Assembly (NCBI RefSeq): GCF_009914755.1
Contig: NC_060934.1
Direction: 5' to 3' (one strand)
Length of the DNA: 64,000 nucleotides
Source of the DNA: the human T2T-CHM13v2.0 reference genome, Homo sapiens
Every line of letters begins with the position of its first letter. Position 1 is the first letter of the stretch. Below, piece after piece: positions 29,868 through 46,551 of the stretch. The position numbers were made by a program, and so were the translations under genes. Below the pieces are notes generated by a model that worked only from the letters and a program-made list of their open reading frames with translations, was not told where the DNA came from and did not search any database.

Positions 29868-29995
29868 ACCTACTACGGGCAGGTGCTGAAGAGATCGGCA
29901 GACCTCCAGACCAACGGCTGTGTCACCACAGCCAGGCCGGTCCCCAAGCACATCCGGGAAGCCTTGCAAAATGTACACGAAGAAGTAGCCCTAAG
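29868..29995 (+). CDS. AS3MT: AS3MT exon 3 (contains Cys32)
   Basis: tcag|ACC TAC TAC...CTA AG|gtag; TYYGQVLKRSADLQTNGCVTT...EEVAL. Confidence 0.95.
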
Positions 29996-30774
29996 GTAGA
30001 GTGCCCTGTGCTGTCCCCAGGAAGACCCCAAACAGCAGTTTTCCCAAAAGATAATGATGCAGGTCACTAGGGAATTAACCCGTAGCCACCAACCCATCAG
30101 CTTGCCTTGTCTATTGTAAAAATCCTAAATCTCAGCACCCATCATCTTACTGCTCTAAGAACCTCCGATGAGTCTGGGCGCGCCAGTGAGCCTGTAGTCC
30201 CAAGTGCTTGGGAGGCTGAGGCAGAGGATCGCGTGAGCCCAGAAGTTACAGGCTGTAGTGTGCGATCCGGGATGTGAATAGCCACTGCACTCCAGCTTGG
30301 TCAACATAGCCAGATGCATCTCTAAAATAAATGCGTACTTTAAAAAAATTGCCTAAAAAAAAGAACCTCCAGCGTGAACACTCTGTAGTCCCTACCCATG
30401 CTCACAGAATACAGTCACACTCACTGGATCTGCCATTCAAGATATGCGCAGTTCAGCACCCACTAATCAACCTTGGCCCTTTTGACCCTTCCCTTCCTCA
30501 CTCCATCAGCACTGCCTGCCCAGCCGGCAGTCACCAATTTGGAAGGTCTTCCCTTTTCTTTTTCCTTCCCAACCCTGCGCATCCAGCACCACGCTGCTGT
30601 CCCACCTACTGCATGGAGCCTTCTCTAATCCTTGAGCGGCCTCTTCCCCAAACTGCCACAGCACTCTGTCACTCGGTCTGTCCGTAAATCACGGGAAGTG
30701 TTTTCTGTGCACGATGTTTTATCTCGCCTCTCAAATACACCTACGCGGCGGGGAGCGGTGGCTCACGTCCGTCA

Positions 30775-31023
<249 letters not shown>

Positions 31024-31111
31024 TCAAAACAAAACAAAACAAAAAAAAGGCCGGGGGTGGTGGCTTATGTCTGTAATCCCAGCACTTTGGGAGGCCGAGG
31101 CGGGAGGATCA

Positions 31112-31512
<401 letters not shown>

Positions 31513-31643
31513 TCAAACAAAACAAAACAAAACAAAACAAAACAAATCAAAACAAAAAACGCCTATGGGACAGAAACCTTACATTTTTTCCTCAATAACT
31601 AGCGCAGTCCTGGGCCTGAATTAGAAGCTCAGCTAATGATTAA

Positions 31644-31996
<353 letters not shown>

Positions 31997-32234
31997 TGAA
32001 GTCTTAGTGCCTAGCACATGCCCAACAATACTGTGGTAAAGCAGATACAGTCCCAGCCTTCATGGGTGTCCAGTTCAGTGGAGACTAAACATCAGAAGTA
32101 TGAGTGAATGATGCAAGAAAGAAGGAAGGAAGGAAGGAACGGAGGGAGGGAGGGAGGAGGGAAGTATGTATAAGATTTAGTGGTTTCATGTCTTACAGTC
32201 TCCAGGGAAAAAATATGTGTTTTCCATTTCCCAG

Positions 32235-32385
32235 ATATTATGGCTGTGGTCTGGTGATCCCTGAGCATCTAGAAAACTGCTGGATTTTGGATCTGGGTAG
32301 TGGAAGTGGCAGAGATTGCTATGTACTTAGCCAGCTGGTTGGTGAAAAAGGACACGTGACTGGAATAGACATGACCAAAGGCCAG
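32235..32385 (+). CDS. AS3MT: AS3MT exon 4 (Cys61, SAM-binding motif I)
   Basis: ccag|A TAT TAT GGC TGT...GGC CAG|gtgag; YYGCGLVIPEHLENCWILDLGSGSGRDC...GIDMTKGQ. Confidence 0.97.
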
Positions 32386-32883
32386 GTGAGGCATGATTTG
32401 GAAGACAAGGAGAAAAAGATTCTCAAAAGCATTATTTGAAAAATAAAGTTGTTTTCTTCGTGGCTCTTCAAGGATAATTTAAGAAAGCTTCTAGTTAGCA
32501 ATGCTCATTTGTGCCACTAGTGCTTCCTGTCTTGGAAACTGATAACTTGAACAATTAGGGGTTCTTCTGGGCGAACACAAGAGTCGGAGGTTTGCTCTGA
32601 TATGAATATCGTGACGATAGAGTGGACTTTGATCTTTCCCTTCTTGCTGCCATCTATCCTGAAAGATTTTGTTATTGAATGAGGAGTTTATTCAAGCCAA
32701 ACTGCACGGGCAGCAGGGAGTTTATGTCCCAGGTTGTAGTATATCCTACGTGTCCACAGGAATCTTGTATGTTTATCCAAAATAATCTAGGGGAAGTATA
32801 TTCTGTTAGTGATAGGAAATTTTTAGGAAAAAGTTGTGTATTTTTTTCAAAATGTTATCAAAACTATATTTTTCTTACTTTAG

Positions 32884-33239
<356 letters not shown>

Positions 33240-33929
33240 TAAATCTTCTTTTAGTAGAGACAGGGTTTCACCATGTTGGCCAGGCTGGTCTCAAACTCCT
33301 GATCTCAGGTGATCCACCCGCTTCCACCTCCCAAAGTGCTGGGATTACAGGTGTGAGGCACTGTGCTCAGCCCTCATTTCCTTTTGAACACAGAGATGTC
33401 ACTATTACTGTTTGCTGAATTGACTCTCATTTAGGGTGTTAAACTAAACTTAGCATGGCTTACTAATGGGAGAGAGCTGGTTTGAGCTGCTGGAGCTCAC
33501 CAGCAGCAGAACACACCAGACCAAGAGGGAACTTACTTGAAACTTAACCACAAACCAATGAACCCAAAAGACCAGCAGGACCACTAAGTTTGCTCCTACA
33601 ATACATGCTGACCTGTATCTTTCATAATATTTTCATGGTAAATTATAGGATTCTATTTCCTTTTTTCCCTCAAGTTGTTATTGTCAAATCATGCCCAAGT
33701 GACAGCTGCCTTTGAGGAACATAGCCTGTTTACGTGAAGCATAAGAAATGCCTTGTGCCGGCCAGGTGCGGTGGCTCACGCCTATAATCCCAGCATTTTG
33801 GGAGGCCGAGGCAGGTGGATCACGAGGTCAGGAATTCCAGACCAGCTTGAACAACATGGCGAAACCCCGTCTCTACTAAAAATACAAAAATTAGCTGGGT
33901 GTGGTGGCACATGCCTGTAATCCCAGCTA

Positions 33930-34118
<189 letters not shown>

Positions 34119-34378
34119 TCAGGACAGAAACAAGTAAGAATCATGCCTGATGTTATTTTCTGCACATTCAAACTTGCTAACAATTTATTGAGATTTTAAG
34201 CACTCTGTCTCTGATCTTGGGGAAAAGCTTAGTTGAAGGCATTAGAAAGAGAGGAGGGAGGCGGTAAGAATGGGGTAGCTTTGACAGAACGGTGGGAACC
34301 ACCTTTAGGGTCTGAAAGGATTTGCAGATCTCTGAGTGTTGTGAAGATTTGCTCGACATTTCATCTGTTCTCTTTTAG

Positions 34379-34448
34379 ATCAAACTGTGTTATTAACCTT
34401 GTGCCTGATAAACAACAAGTGCTTCAGGAGGCATATCGGGTGCTGAAG
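34379..34448 (+). CDS. AS3MT: AS3MT exon 6 (Cys156, Arg173)
   Basis: ttag|A TCA AAC TGT...CTG AAG|gtgag; SNCVINLVPDKQQVLQEAYRVLK. Confidence 0.96.
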
Positions 34449-35044
34449 GTGAGGAGGAGAGTGAGATAAATTATCTTTGAACATCAGTAAGAGCTGATGG
34501 GTTAAGTCTTGTTTGTTCCCCCTTGAACTAAGAGCTCAAACTCTCTTAATTTATCCATTAAATGAATAAGGGGTGGCAAAAGGGGGAAGGGGCAGGAATA
34601 CCCCGGATATGGATTACTTTCCCTCTTAGGTTGCAAAAGGTAGTAAATCCGAGGTGACAGTTGTCACTGAATGTGTTAAGGTATTTGCTTTCTTGACTGT
34701 CTCTCCTATTTGCTGCTGTACATGATCCTAGAAGAGCATCTGTGGAGCTATAGGAATCTTTGCACTGACTACTAATGATTGCTTTGAATATACTCTCTTC
34801 TAGCATGTACAGTGTTTCTCAGGGCTTCTGATTTCTTATCTGTCATGATTTCAGATCTTTGGGAAGTTACAGAAGATGGAACTTTTACATTAACTACTTG
34901 CTAAAAGGAAAGCTTGCAGGAGCTCCACAGCCTTCATTGTATCATGAGATGTGTATCTTCATGATAGTAGATGAAATATTCAGCCAGGTGCGGTAGCTCA
35001 CACCTGTAATCCCAGTGCTGTGGGAGGCCGAGGCGGGCAGATCA

Positions 35045-35622
<578 letters not shown>

Positions 35623-36739
35623 TGATCTTGAACTCCTGATCTCATGATCTGCCTCAGCCTCCCAAAGTGCTGGGATTACAGGCATGAGCCGCTGTGCCTG
35701 GCCAAAATTTTTTTTTAAATTGACAACAGATTTTTGAGATTTTTGGTTTACAAAGCTGTCATAGAACTCAAATACAAATATCTATATAGAAATGATTTAA
35801 TGATTTAGTGATGTCTTTGTTAGTATGTCATTTTACACGCCAGTTCACTATCTCCACCAAAAATGTACTTATAAAAGGTAGAAACACTATTATAGAATCT
35901 AGATCTCCAGGTTTCCAGGTTTTTGAAATTAGCTAAATAAAATGTTAAGTTCCTGATCACTCATTTGCCTTACATTTTAAGGATAATATTTTAAAGATAA
36001 AATGTGTTGTTATAAAAGTAAATAACAACATTACAAAAAGTTATATTTTTTAATAGAAATGGGGTCTTGCTGTCACCCAGGCTGGAATGCAGTGTCACTA
36101 TCTGTACCCCTCTAACTCCTGAGTTAGAGGGTACAGATAGTGACACTCACTGTACCCTCTAACTCCTGGGCTCAAACAATCCTCTTGAGTAGCTAGGACT
36201 CCAGGCACATGCCACCATGCCCAGCTAGTTTTTAAATTTCTATATGGGAGAGAGGGTCTTGCTGTGTTGCCAAGGCTAGTCTCAAACTGCTCTCCTCCAG
36301 CAAGCCTCCCACTTCGGCCTCCTGAGTCATTGGGATTAGAGGCCTGAGCCATCATACCTGGCAAAGTTATACTATTCTTAAGAGATAAAAGATTATGAAT
36401 ACTGATGATATCCTCTGTTCTACAATGACCTGGGGCTGCTTTTGGTTCAGATTGGCTAAAAATTTAAATGTAAGTAACCTGAAAATCTTTATTTAGGAGA
36501 CAGACACTCTTAGAATGTGATTTTATTACCTGTTGGATAAGCCACTGGGAGGAAAAAAAACCTTGGCACTTGACTATTGATTGTAACTAAAGAGGCAGCT
36601 GCTATTTGTTCACAAAGGGTCAGCTTAAACATTGCTATTGATTTTTAAATTTGATTTTGTTCCCCTATTCCTTTCTTTGTTATGTGGGGTCAATGTAATC
36701 ATTAATCATCTTGTTTGGACTAATATGCCTCTGTTTCAG

Positions 36740-36821
36740 CATGGTGGGGAGTTATATTTCAGTGACGTCTATACGAGCCTTGAACTGCCAGAAGAAATCA
36801 GGACACACAAAGTTTTATGGG
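36740..36821 (+). CDS. AS3MT: AS3MT exon 7
   Basis: tcag|CAT GGT GGG...TGG G|gtagg; HGGELYFSDVYTSLELPEEIRTHKVLW. Confidence 0.96.
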
Positions 36822-37529
36822 GTAGGTGATTTTGTTTAGTTTAGTATTAAGGCAGATGGTTGTACATGTGCAGAACTCCTTTCTGCTAATAGCCAGGATG
36901 AGGCTATATGAGATCACATGGGGTTAGGCCATGAGGCCAAGGTTCCATTCTTCCTCTGCCATTCAAAAGTGATAGGGCTTTGGATAGTTTAATTCATCTC
37001 TTTGAGTTATCGTTTTCCAAATTGTAAAATGTAAATAATAATACAATCTGCCTTATAGGGCTGTTATGAAGATTAAATGGGATAAAGAATGGGAAAAATA
37101 CTTTGAAAACTCTAGTGTGGAAATGAGGACAATTGTTCCCAAGCTGGTGTCCTCTTAGTCCCCTTATGTTCTCATCATTATTGTGTTCTTTATTCCTTTA
37201 TTATCATTTTAATAGTCTGGAAGTTGAGATAAATGCATGCTTTTCATCAGTCTATGAAATCAAAAGTTCTTATTCTTAAAATAATATTAACTTTATTCTT
37301 ACTATGTAATAATAAATAGGTACCGTTAACAAGTTGGAAAGTGCCAAAAAAAAAAAAAAAAAGAAAAAATTACTAAGCTGGACACAGTGGCACACACCTG
37401 TAACCCCAGATATTTGGGAGGCTGAGTCAGGAGGATTGCTTGAGCCTAGGAGTTCAGGTACAGCCTGGGTGTCATAGTAAAACCCTATCTCTTAAAAAAA
37501 TTACTTATAATCATATAACCCAGTGATAA

Positions 37530-37772
<243 letters not shown>

Positions 37773-38163
37773 TGATCTGCCCACCTCGGCCTCCCAAAGT
37801 GCTGGGATTACAGGCATGAGCCACCGCGCTCGGCCTATGATTTATTTTTTATACTACTTTATTCACATAACAGTGCTTTTCAGAATGTGGCGTACTGCAT
37901 ACATGAATATTATGCTTGCAGCTGAGTAGAACCAATCCACCAGTGAGTGTCCTGAAGAATGGTTCCTAGAGACCATCAGCTAGCACACCCAGTCTTAACC
38001 ATGGCTTTCTAGACCTTGGAGGGATGCTCAAGTTAGCTTCTACTGCTAGGATCTATGTTTTAACTAATACCATGTCCTAATTAATTATATAGAAGAATAG
38101 TTCCCTTAATACTGTATTAAGTGTTGGCTGGTCTGTGGTTTTTTGTTGTTGTTTGTTTTTTAG

Positions 38164-38295
38164 GTGAGTGTCTGGGTGGTGCTTTATACTGGAAGGAACT
38201 TGCTGTCCTTGCTCAAAAAATTGGGTTCTGCCCTCCACGTTTGGTCACTGCCAATCTCATTACAATTCAAAACAAGGAACTGGAAAGAGTTATCG
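38164..38295 (+). CDS. AS3MT: AS3MT exon 8 (Cys206)
   Basis: ttag|GT GAG TGT...ATC G|gtaag; ECLGGALYWKEL...KELERVI. Confidence 0.96.
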
Positions 38296-38633
38296 GTAAG
38301 ATATGACAGACAGCAGGGACTATTATAACTACAGCTTGAATGATTGAAATGTGGTGATTAGTAAGTAACTTCTGAAGGAGTCTCATTGAGGGATACTTTC
38401 TGTTATCTGGAAATAGCTATCTTGCCTCCTGTACAATGGTAACCCCCCAAAAATTTTGATATTTAATAAAGCACTTTGAAGTCATTCAGTAAATAGAGTG
38501 AAGTGCTCAGAAAGATAACTGATGACATGCAAGGAAGAAAATCATCTTTATAACGTGTTTGCTCCTTGTCTGCTGAGCAAGGCAACAACTGGGGGAGTGC
38601 TGGAGATGAACCGTGAATAAATTCTATTTTTAG

Positions 38634-38776
38634 GTGACTGTCGTTTTGTTTCTGCAACATTTCGCCTCTTCAAACACTCTAAGACAGGACCAACCAAGAG
38701 ATGCCAAGTTATTTACAATGGAGGAATTACAGGACATGAAAAAGAACTAATGTTTGATGCCAATTTTACATTTAAG
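38634..38776 (+). CDS. AS3MT: AS3MT exon 9 (Met287 codon at 38750-38752)
   Basis: ttag|GT GAC TGT...TTT AAG|gtaaa; DCRFVSATFRLFKH...ELMFDANFTFK. Confidence 0.96.
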
Positions 38777-39255
38777 GTAAATAAAACAATTTCCATGACT
38801 TCTGGTATTCTTTCTGCTCTTGCCCTTGCTCCAGCTATCTTTTCTTGACTTTGCATTGCCTCCCATTTTTCTGGTGTTGGTTTGTTTGTGTGTGTGTTTA
38901 AATGTATGTGTGTGTTTCAAGTGGAGTAAAAAAGCATTTTTTCCCCAATACTTATTTATTTATTGACAGGGTCTCGCTCTGTCACCCAGGCTGGAGTGCA
39001 GTAGCACAATCATAGTTCACTGCAGCCTGACCTCCTGGGCTCAAGCGATCCTCCCACCTCAGGCTTCTGAGTAGCTAGGACTACAGACTCATCACCACAC
39101 CTGGCTAATATTTGTATTTTTTGTAGAGATGGGGTTTTGCCATGTTGCCCAGACTGGTCTTGAACTCCTGGGCTCAAGTGATGTGCCCACCTCAGCCTCC
39201 CAAAGTGCTGGGATTACAGGCGTGAACCACCGTGCCCAGCCCTCAATATTTATTA

Positions 39256-39636
<381 letters not shown>

Positions 39637-40077
39637 TCAGCAATTGAGAACATTTTTCCATGTTTGTGTGTTTATATGTGTATATATATATATATATTTA
39701 TTTGCTGAGCCATTGAAAATAAGTTGCAGATATTATGACATTTTACCCTTAAATATTTCAGCATGCGTCCCATAGGAATGTAATATCCCTCTGCATAATC
39801 ACAATACCATTACACACCTAAGAAAACTTTTTACAAGAAGCCTCATTCAGACATTGGATTAATAGGGCTATAGAGAAGTAGGATGGAAAAGAGTAGGAGT
39901 ATGTACAATAGTATTTCAATTGTTTAATTGTGTCAAGGAATTAAGAAATTTTAATGTTGGATGATGGCACTAATTGGCATTTTTACTGCCCTGTGCATAG
40001 TAAGATTTGTTTTCTCAAAATGGAAAAGTTCAGGCTTTGGAATCAGATACCTGGGTTCAAATTCTGGCTCTATTATT

Positions 40078-41280
40078 ATTGTTTTTTATTTTTTTTTCTG
40101 AATGTCACTAGACAAACTTTTATTGAAGCATAAATTGTGGTACAGAAATACATTTTAACTGATTTAAGTCCAACACCAGTGAAAGGAGAGATTATGGCAC
40201 CAAAACTTTCCCTTTCCTATCATACCATGATTTAGATTATGATGCAATCTACATTTCTCTTTTCTAGGCTTTGTCCCATACAAATTTGGGCAGTTTTTCA
40301 ACATTAGAATTTCAACATTAGAATTCTTAATTCTATTAGGAAAAAAAGCAACAAAAAAACCAGACCTCAAGTCAACAAATCTATTGGATATTGTTTATGA
40401 ACGAAGTCCACGTTAAGCATTGGTCCTCAAAACAGAGCTCCTCAAAATATTAGGTGCTGTGCTCATTACAGAATCAAACTGATCACACTGATTGAAAACT
40501 TCCTCAATGAAATTTTCAATCAACAACATGCTTCAAATAAAAGTCAAACAGTGTTCCAACCACTTGACTTCAAACCAAGTAGATTTTAGGTTTAGAAACA
40601 CTAAAAAAAGGTGTTTCATTTATAAATACAGAAGGAACAAAAACATCACTGCATCAATCCAGAAATTATCAAAATATTTAGAGGACAAGAAATATAAAAT
40701 TTAGTCAACTTTGCTGCTTTCTCAGTTCCTTAAAATCCCAGAGTATCTGCAAATATAGCTAAAAAGTACCAACTCTTGAAAGCCTATATTACTAGTCATT
40801 TCCCATTGAGTATTTTGGAATTTTATTTATGTTCTACTTATTTATTCATGTATTCTGCTTTATGATGTTTATCTGAATAATCTGGACAAATTCTCATTCT
40901 GGGCAGTCATTCGTTTCATCCTATGAATGCCATGGTGAGGGAAACAGTGTAGTTAGAGGAACAGATGAAGTCAGAACACTCACATGCATCACGGTCACAG
41001 AACTTTAAGTCACAAGACAGAAAAGAAATCGATTCTGCTTTGGATCAAAGTTTATAGAACACTACTTAATGGAAACTAGTGGAAATGGCTGCTAAAGGAA
41101 AAGTTAAGGTGAATGATCCAAGCTGACTTGATTACTGAATCCAGAACAAAATTATGCTAAATCTCTCTGGTAATTAACTAAATAAAAATCATTTTATACT
41201 ATTATTTAGTAAGTTAGTAAAGGCGTGCTACTCATTAGATGCTAATCTCATTTACTGAGGAACACAGAATTGTATATGTT
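40078..41280 (-). pseudogene. Unidentified retroposed mRNA 3'UTR-like insert splitting a MIR element
   Basis: Poly(T) at 40082-40097; minus-strand AATAAA at 40119-40124; 16-nt TSD TTCTGGCTCTATTATT at 40062 and 41281; MIR text continues on both sides. Confidence 0.75.
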
Positions 41281-41540
41281 TTCTGGCTCTATTATTTATT
41301 ACTTGGGTAAACTTGAACAAGTCACCAAAATTCGTTGGGTTACAGTTTGTTCTACTGTAAAAGCAGGGATAATAATACTTACTTTGCAGAATTTCTATAA
41401 GGATTAGCAATAATGTAGCAAAACACTGGGTACATACTGCAAGTTCAGTGAAAAGAAGATACTGTCATTATTTGTTCCAAAAGTGGAAGAACTTACTATT
41501 AATATTTCATTTTTCTGATTTATTTATTTATCTATTTTAG

Positions 41541-41930
<390 letters not shown>

Positions 41931-42845
41931 TAGCCAGGATGGTCTCAATCTCCTGGCCTCGTGATCCACCCGCCTCGGCCTCCCAAAGTGCTGGGATTAC
42001 AGGCGTGAGCCACCACTCCCGGCCAAGACAGGTTCTTATATTGCCCAGGCTGGTCTTGAACTCCTGGCCTCAAGCAATTCTCCCACCTCAGCCTCCCAAA
42101 GTTGCAAGCATGTGTCACTGTGCCTGGCTTCTTCTGATTTTTTTGGTCTAAATAGCATCTCCAGATTTCTTTTTTTTTTTTAATTTAAAAAATGTATTTA
42201 TTTCTTTATTTAGACACAGGGTCTTGCTATGTTGCCCACACTGGGGTACACTGGCTATTCACAGGTGTAAGCATAGCCCACTATAGTCTTGAACTCCTGG
42301 CCTCAAGGGATCCTTCCACCTCAGCCTTCCAAGTCTGGGACTACATCTGGCTAAGCATCTTCAAATTTCTTATTTATTTATTTATTTATTTTTGAGATGG
42401 AGTCTTGCTCTGTTGCCTAGGCTGGAGTGCAGTGACTCAATCTCAGCTCACTGCAACCTCTGCCTCCTGGGTTCAAGCCGATTCTCCTGCCTTAGCCTCT
42501 CGAGTAGCAGGGATTACAGGCGTGTGCCACCACACCCAGCTAATTTTTATATTTTTATTAGAGACAGGGTTTCACCATGTTGGCCAGGCTGGTCTCGAAC
42601 TCCTGACCTCAGGTAATCTACCCGCCTCGGCCTCCCAAAGTGCTGGGATTACAGGCGTGAGCCACTGTGCCCGGCTGCATCTTCAAATTTCTTAAATACT
42701 CCTTGGTATAGTGGAGCCCTTAATGCTTTTCACTAATGCACTGCTCCTTGATGTGCTGCCTATTCCAGTAGATACACAGAATCAGAGTGGTAAGGGCCTT
42801 TGAAACCATTGATTTGTTCTAGTGGCTTTCAAAAACCATTTTTAA

Positions 42846-43241
<396 letters not shown>

Positions 43242-43665
43242 TAATCCCAGCACTTTGGGAGGCTGAGGCGGGTGGATTACCTGAGGTCAGGAGTTCGAGA
43301 CCAGCCTGATCAACATGATGAAACCCTGTCTCTACTAAAAATACAAAAATTAGCCGGGCGTGGTGGCGTGTGCCTGTTATCCCAGCTACTCGAGAGGCTA
43401 AGGCAGGAGAATCGGCTTGAACCCAGGAGGCAGAGGTTGCAGTGAGCTGAGATTGAGTCACTGCACTCCAGCCTGGGCAACAGAGCAAGACTTCATCTCA
43501 AAAACAAACAAACAAAGAAAAAACCCCCAATAGTCCAAAGCCCTAATTTTCCCCCCATTATTTATTTTTTTAATGGGCAAATTTTAAAAATTGTATATAT
43601 ATTTATGGTGTACAATGGGATGTTTTGACATATGTATACATTATGGAATGACTAAATCAAGATAA

Positions 43666-43984
<319 letters not shown>

Positions 43985-44257
43985 TGAACTCCTGACCTCA
44001 GGTGATCCCCCTGCTTCAGCCTCCCAAAGTGCTGGGATTACAGGCGCGAGGTGCCCAGCCTTTTAGCAATTTCCAATACATTGTTATTAACTATAGTCAC
44101 CATGTTGTATAATAGATCTCTTTAACTTATTCCTGATAACTGAAATTTTGTATCCTTTAACCAACATCTATCCTGTTCCACCCCTGCCCTCCCACCCCCT
44201 ACCCCCAGCCCCTGGTAAGAGCCTCTACTCTTCACCTCTATGAGTTCAACTTTTTGA

Positions 44258-44650
<393 letters not shown>

Positions 44651-45219
44651 TAATAGATGTACATACTTTCAGGGCACATCTGATAATTTAATATATTCAT
44701 ATAATTTGTACAGATCAAGTCAATGTAACTGGTATATCCATCGCCTTAAACATTTGTCTTTTCTTTATTCTAGGAACCCATTTGAATTATTCTTTTCTAG
44801 CTATTTTGAAATATACAATAGATTATTGTGAACTATAGTCACCCTACTGATCCATCGAACACTAGGTCTTATTTCTTCTTATTAAACTGGATTTTGTACT
44901 CATTAATCAAGCTCTCTTCATCCTCCCCACTCTACCTGGCGTCTGGTAACCACCAATCTACTCTCTATTATCATGAGGTCCACTTTTTTAGCTCCCACAT
45001 ATCAGCGAGAACATGTAATATTCGTCTTTTTGAGGTTGGCTTATTTCTCTTAACATAATGACCTGCAGTTCCATGCATGTTGCTGCAGGTGACAGGATTT
45101 CCTTCTTTTATTTTATTTTATTTTATTTTTTTGAGACAGAGTCTTACTCTGTCTCCCAGGTTGGAGTGCAGTGGCGTGATCTTGGCTCACTGAAACCTCC
45201 GGCTGCCAGGTTCAAGTAA

Positions 45220-45599
<380 letters not shown>

Positions 45600-45973
45600 C
45601 ACTAATTTTTGTATTTTTAGTAGAGATGGGGTTTCACATGTTGGCAAGGCTGGTCTCGAACTCCTGACCTCAGGTGATCCGCCTGCCTCGGCCTCCCAAA
45701 GTGCTGGGATTACAGGCTTGGGCCACCGCACCAGGCCAGGATTTCCTTCTTTTTCAAGTCTGAATAGTATTCCAGTGTGTACATATACTACTACGTTTTC
45801 TTTATCCGTTCATCTGTTTGAGTCTTCTTTTTTTCTTAGTTTAGCTAAAGATTTATTTTATTTTTTCAAAAAACTAATTTTTCATTTTGTTGATCTTCTG
45901 TATTTTTTTAGTCTCAATTTCATTTATTTCTGCTGTGATGTTCTTTCTTTCCTTCTACTAATTTTGAGTTTGA

Positions 45974-46551
<578 letters not shown>

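Noticed and set aside
29058-30070. 286-aa plus ORF and 159/121-aa minus ORFs as independent genes
   Set aside because: GC-rich CpG island and VNTR sequence is depleted of stop codons. The plus ORF overlaps AS3MT exon 2 in frame and then runs through intron 2. It is kept only as a possible uORF or N-terminal extension.
32104-32439. 111-aa ORF with a K/R/E-rich N-terminus as an alternative AS3MT start
   Set aside because: The N-terminal part is a (GGAA)n repeat in intron 3 that happens to be open in the exon 4 frame; there is no promoter evidence.
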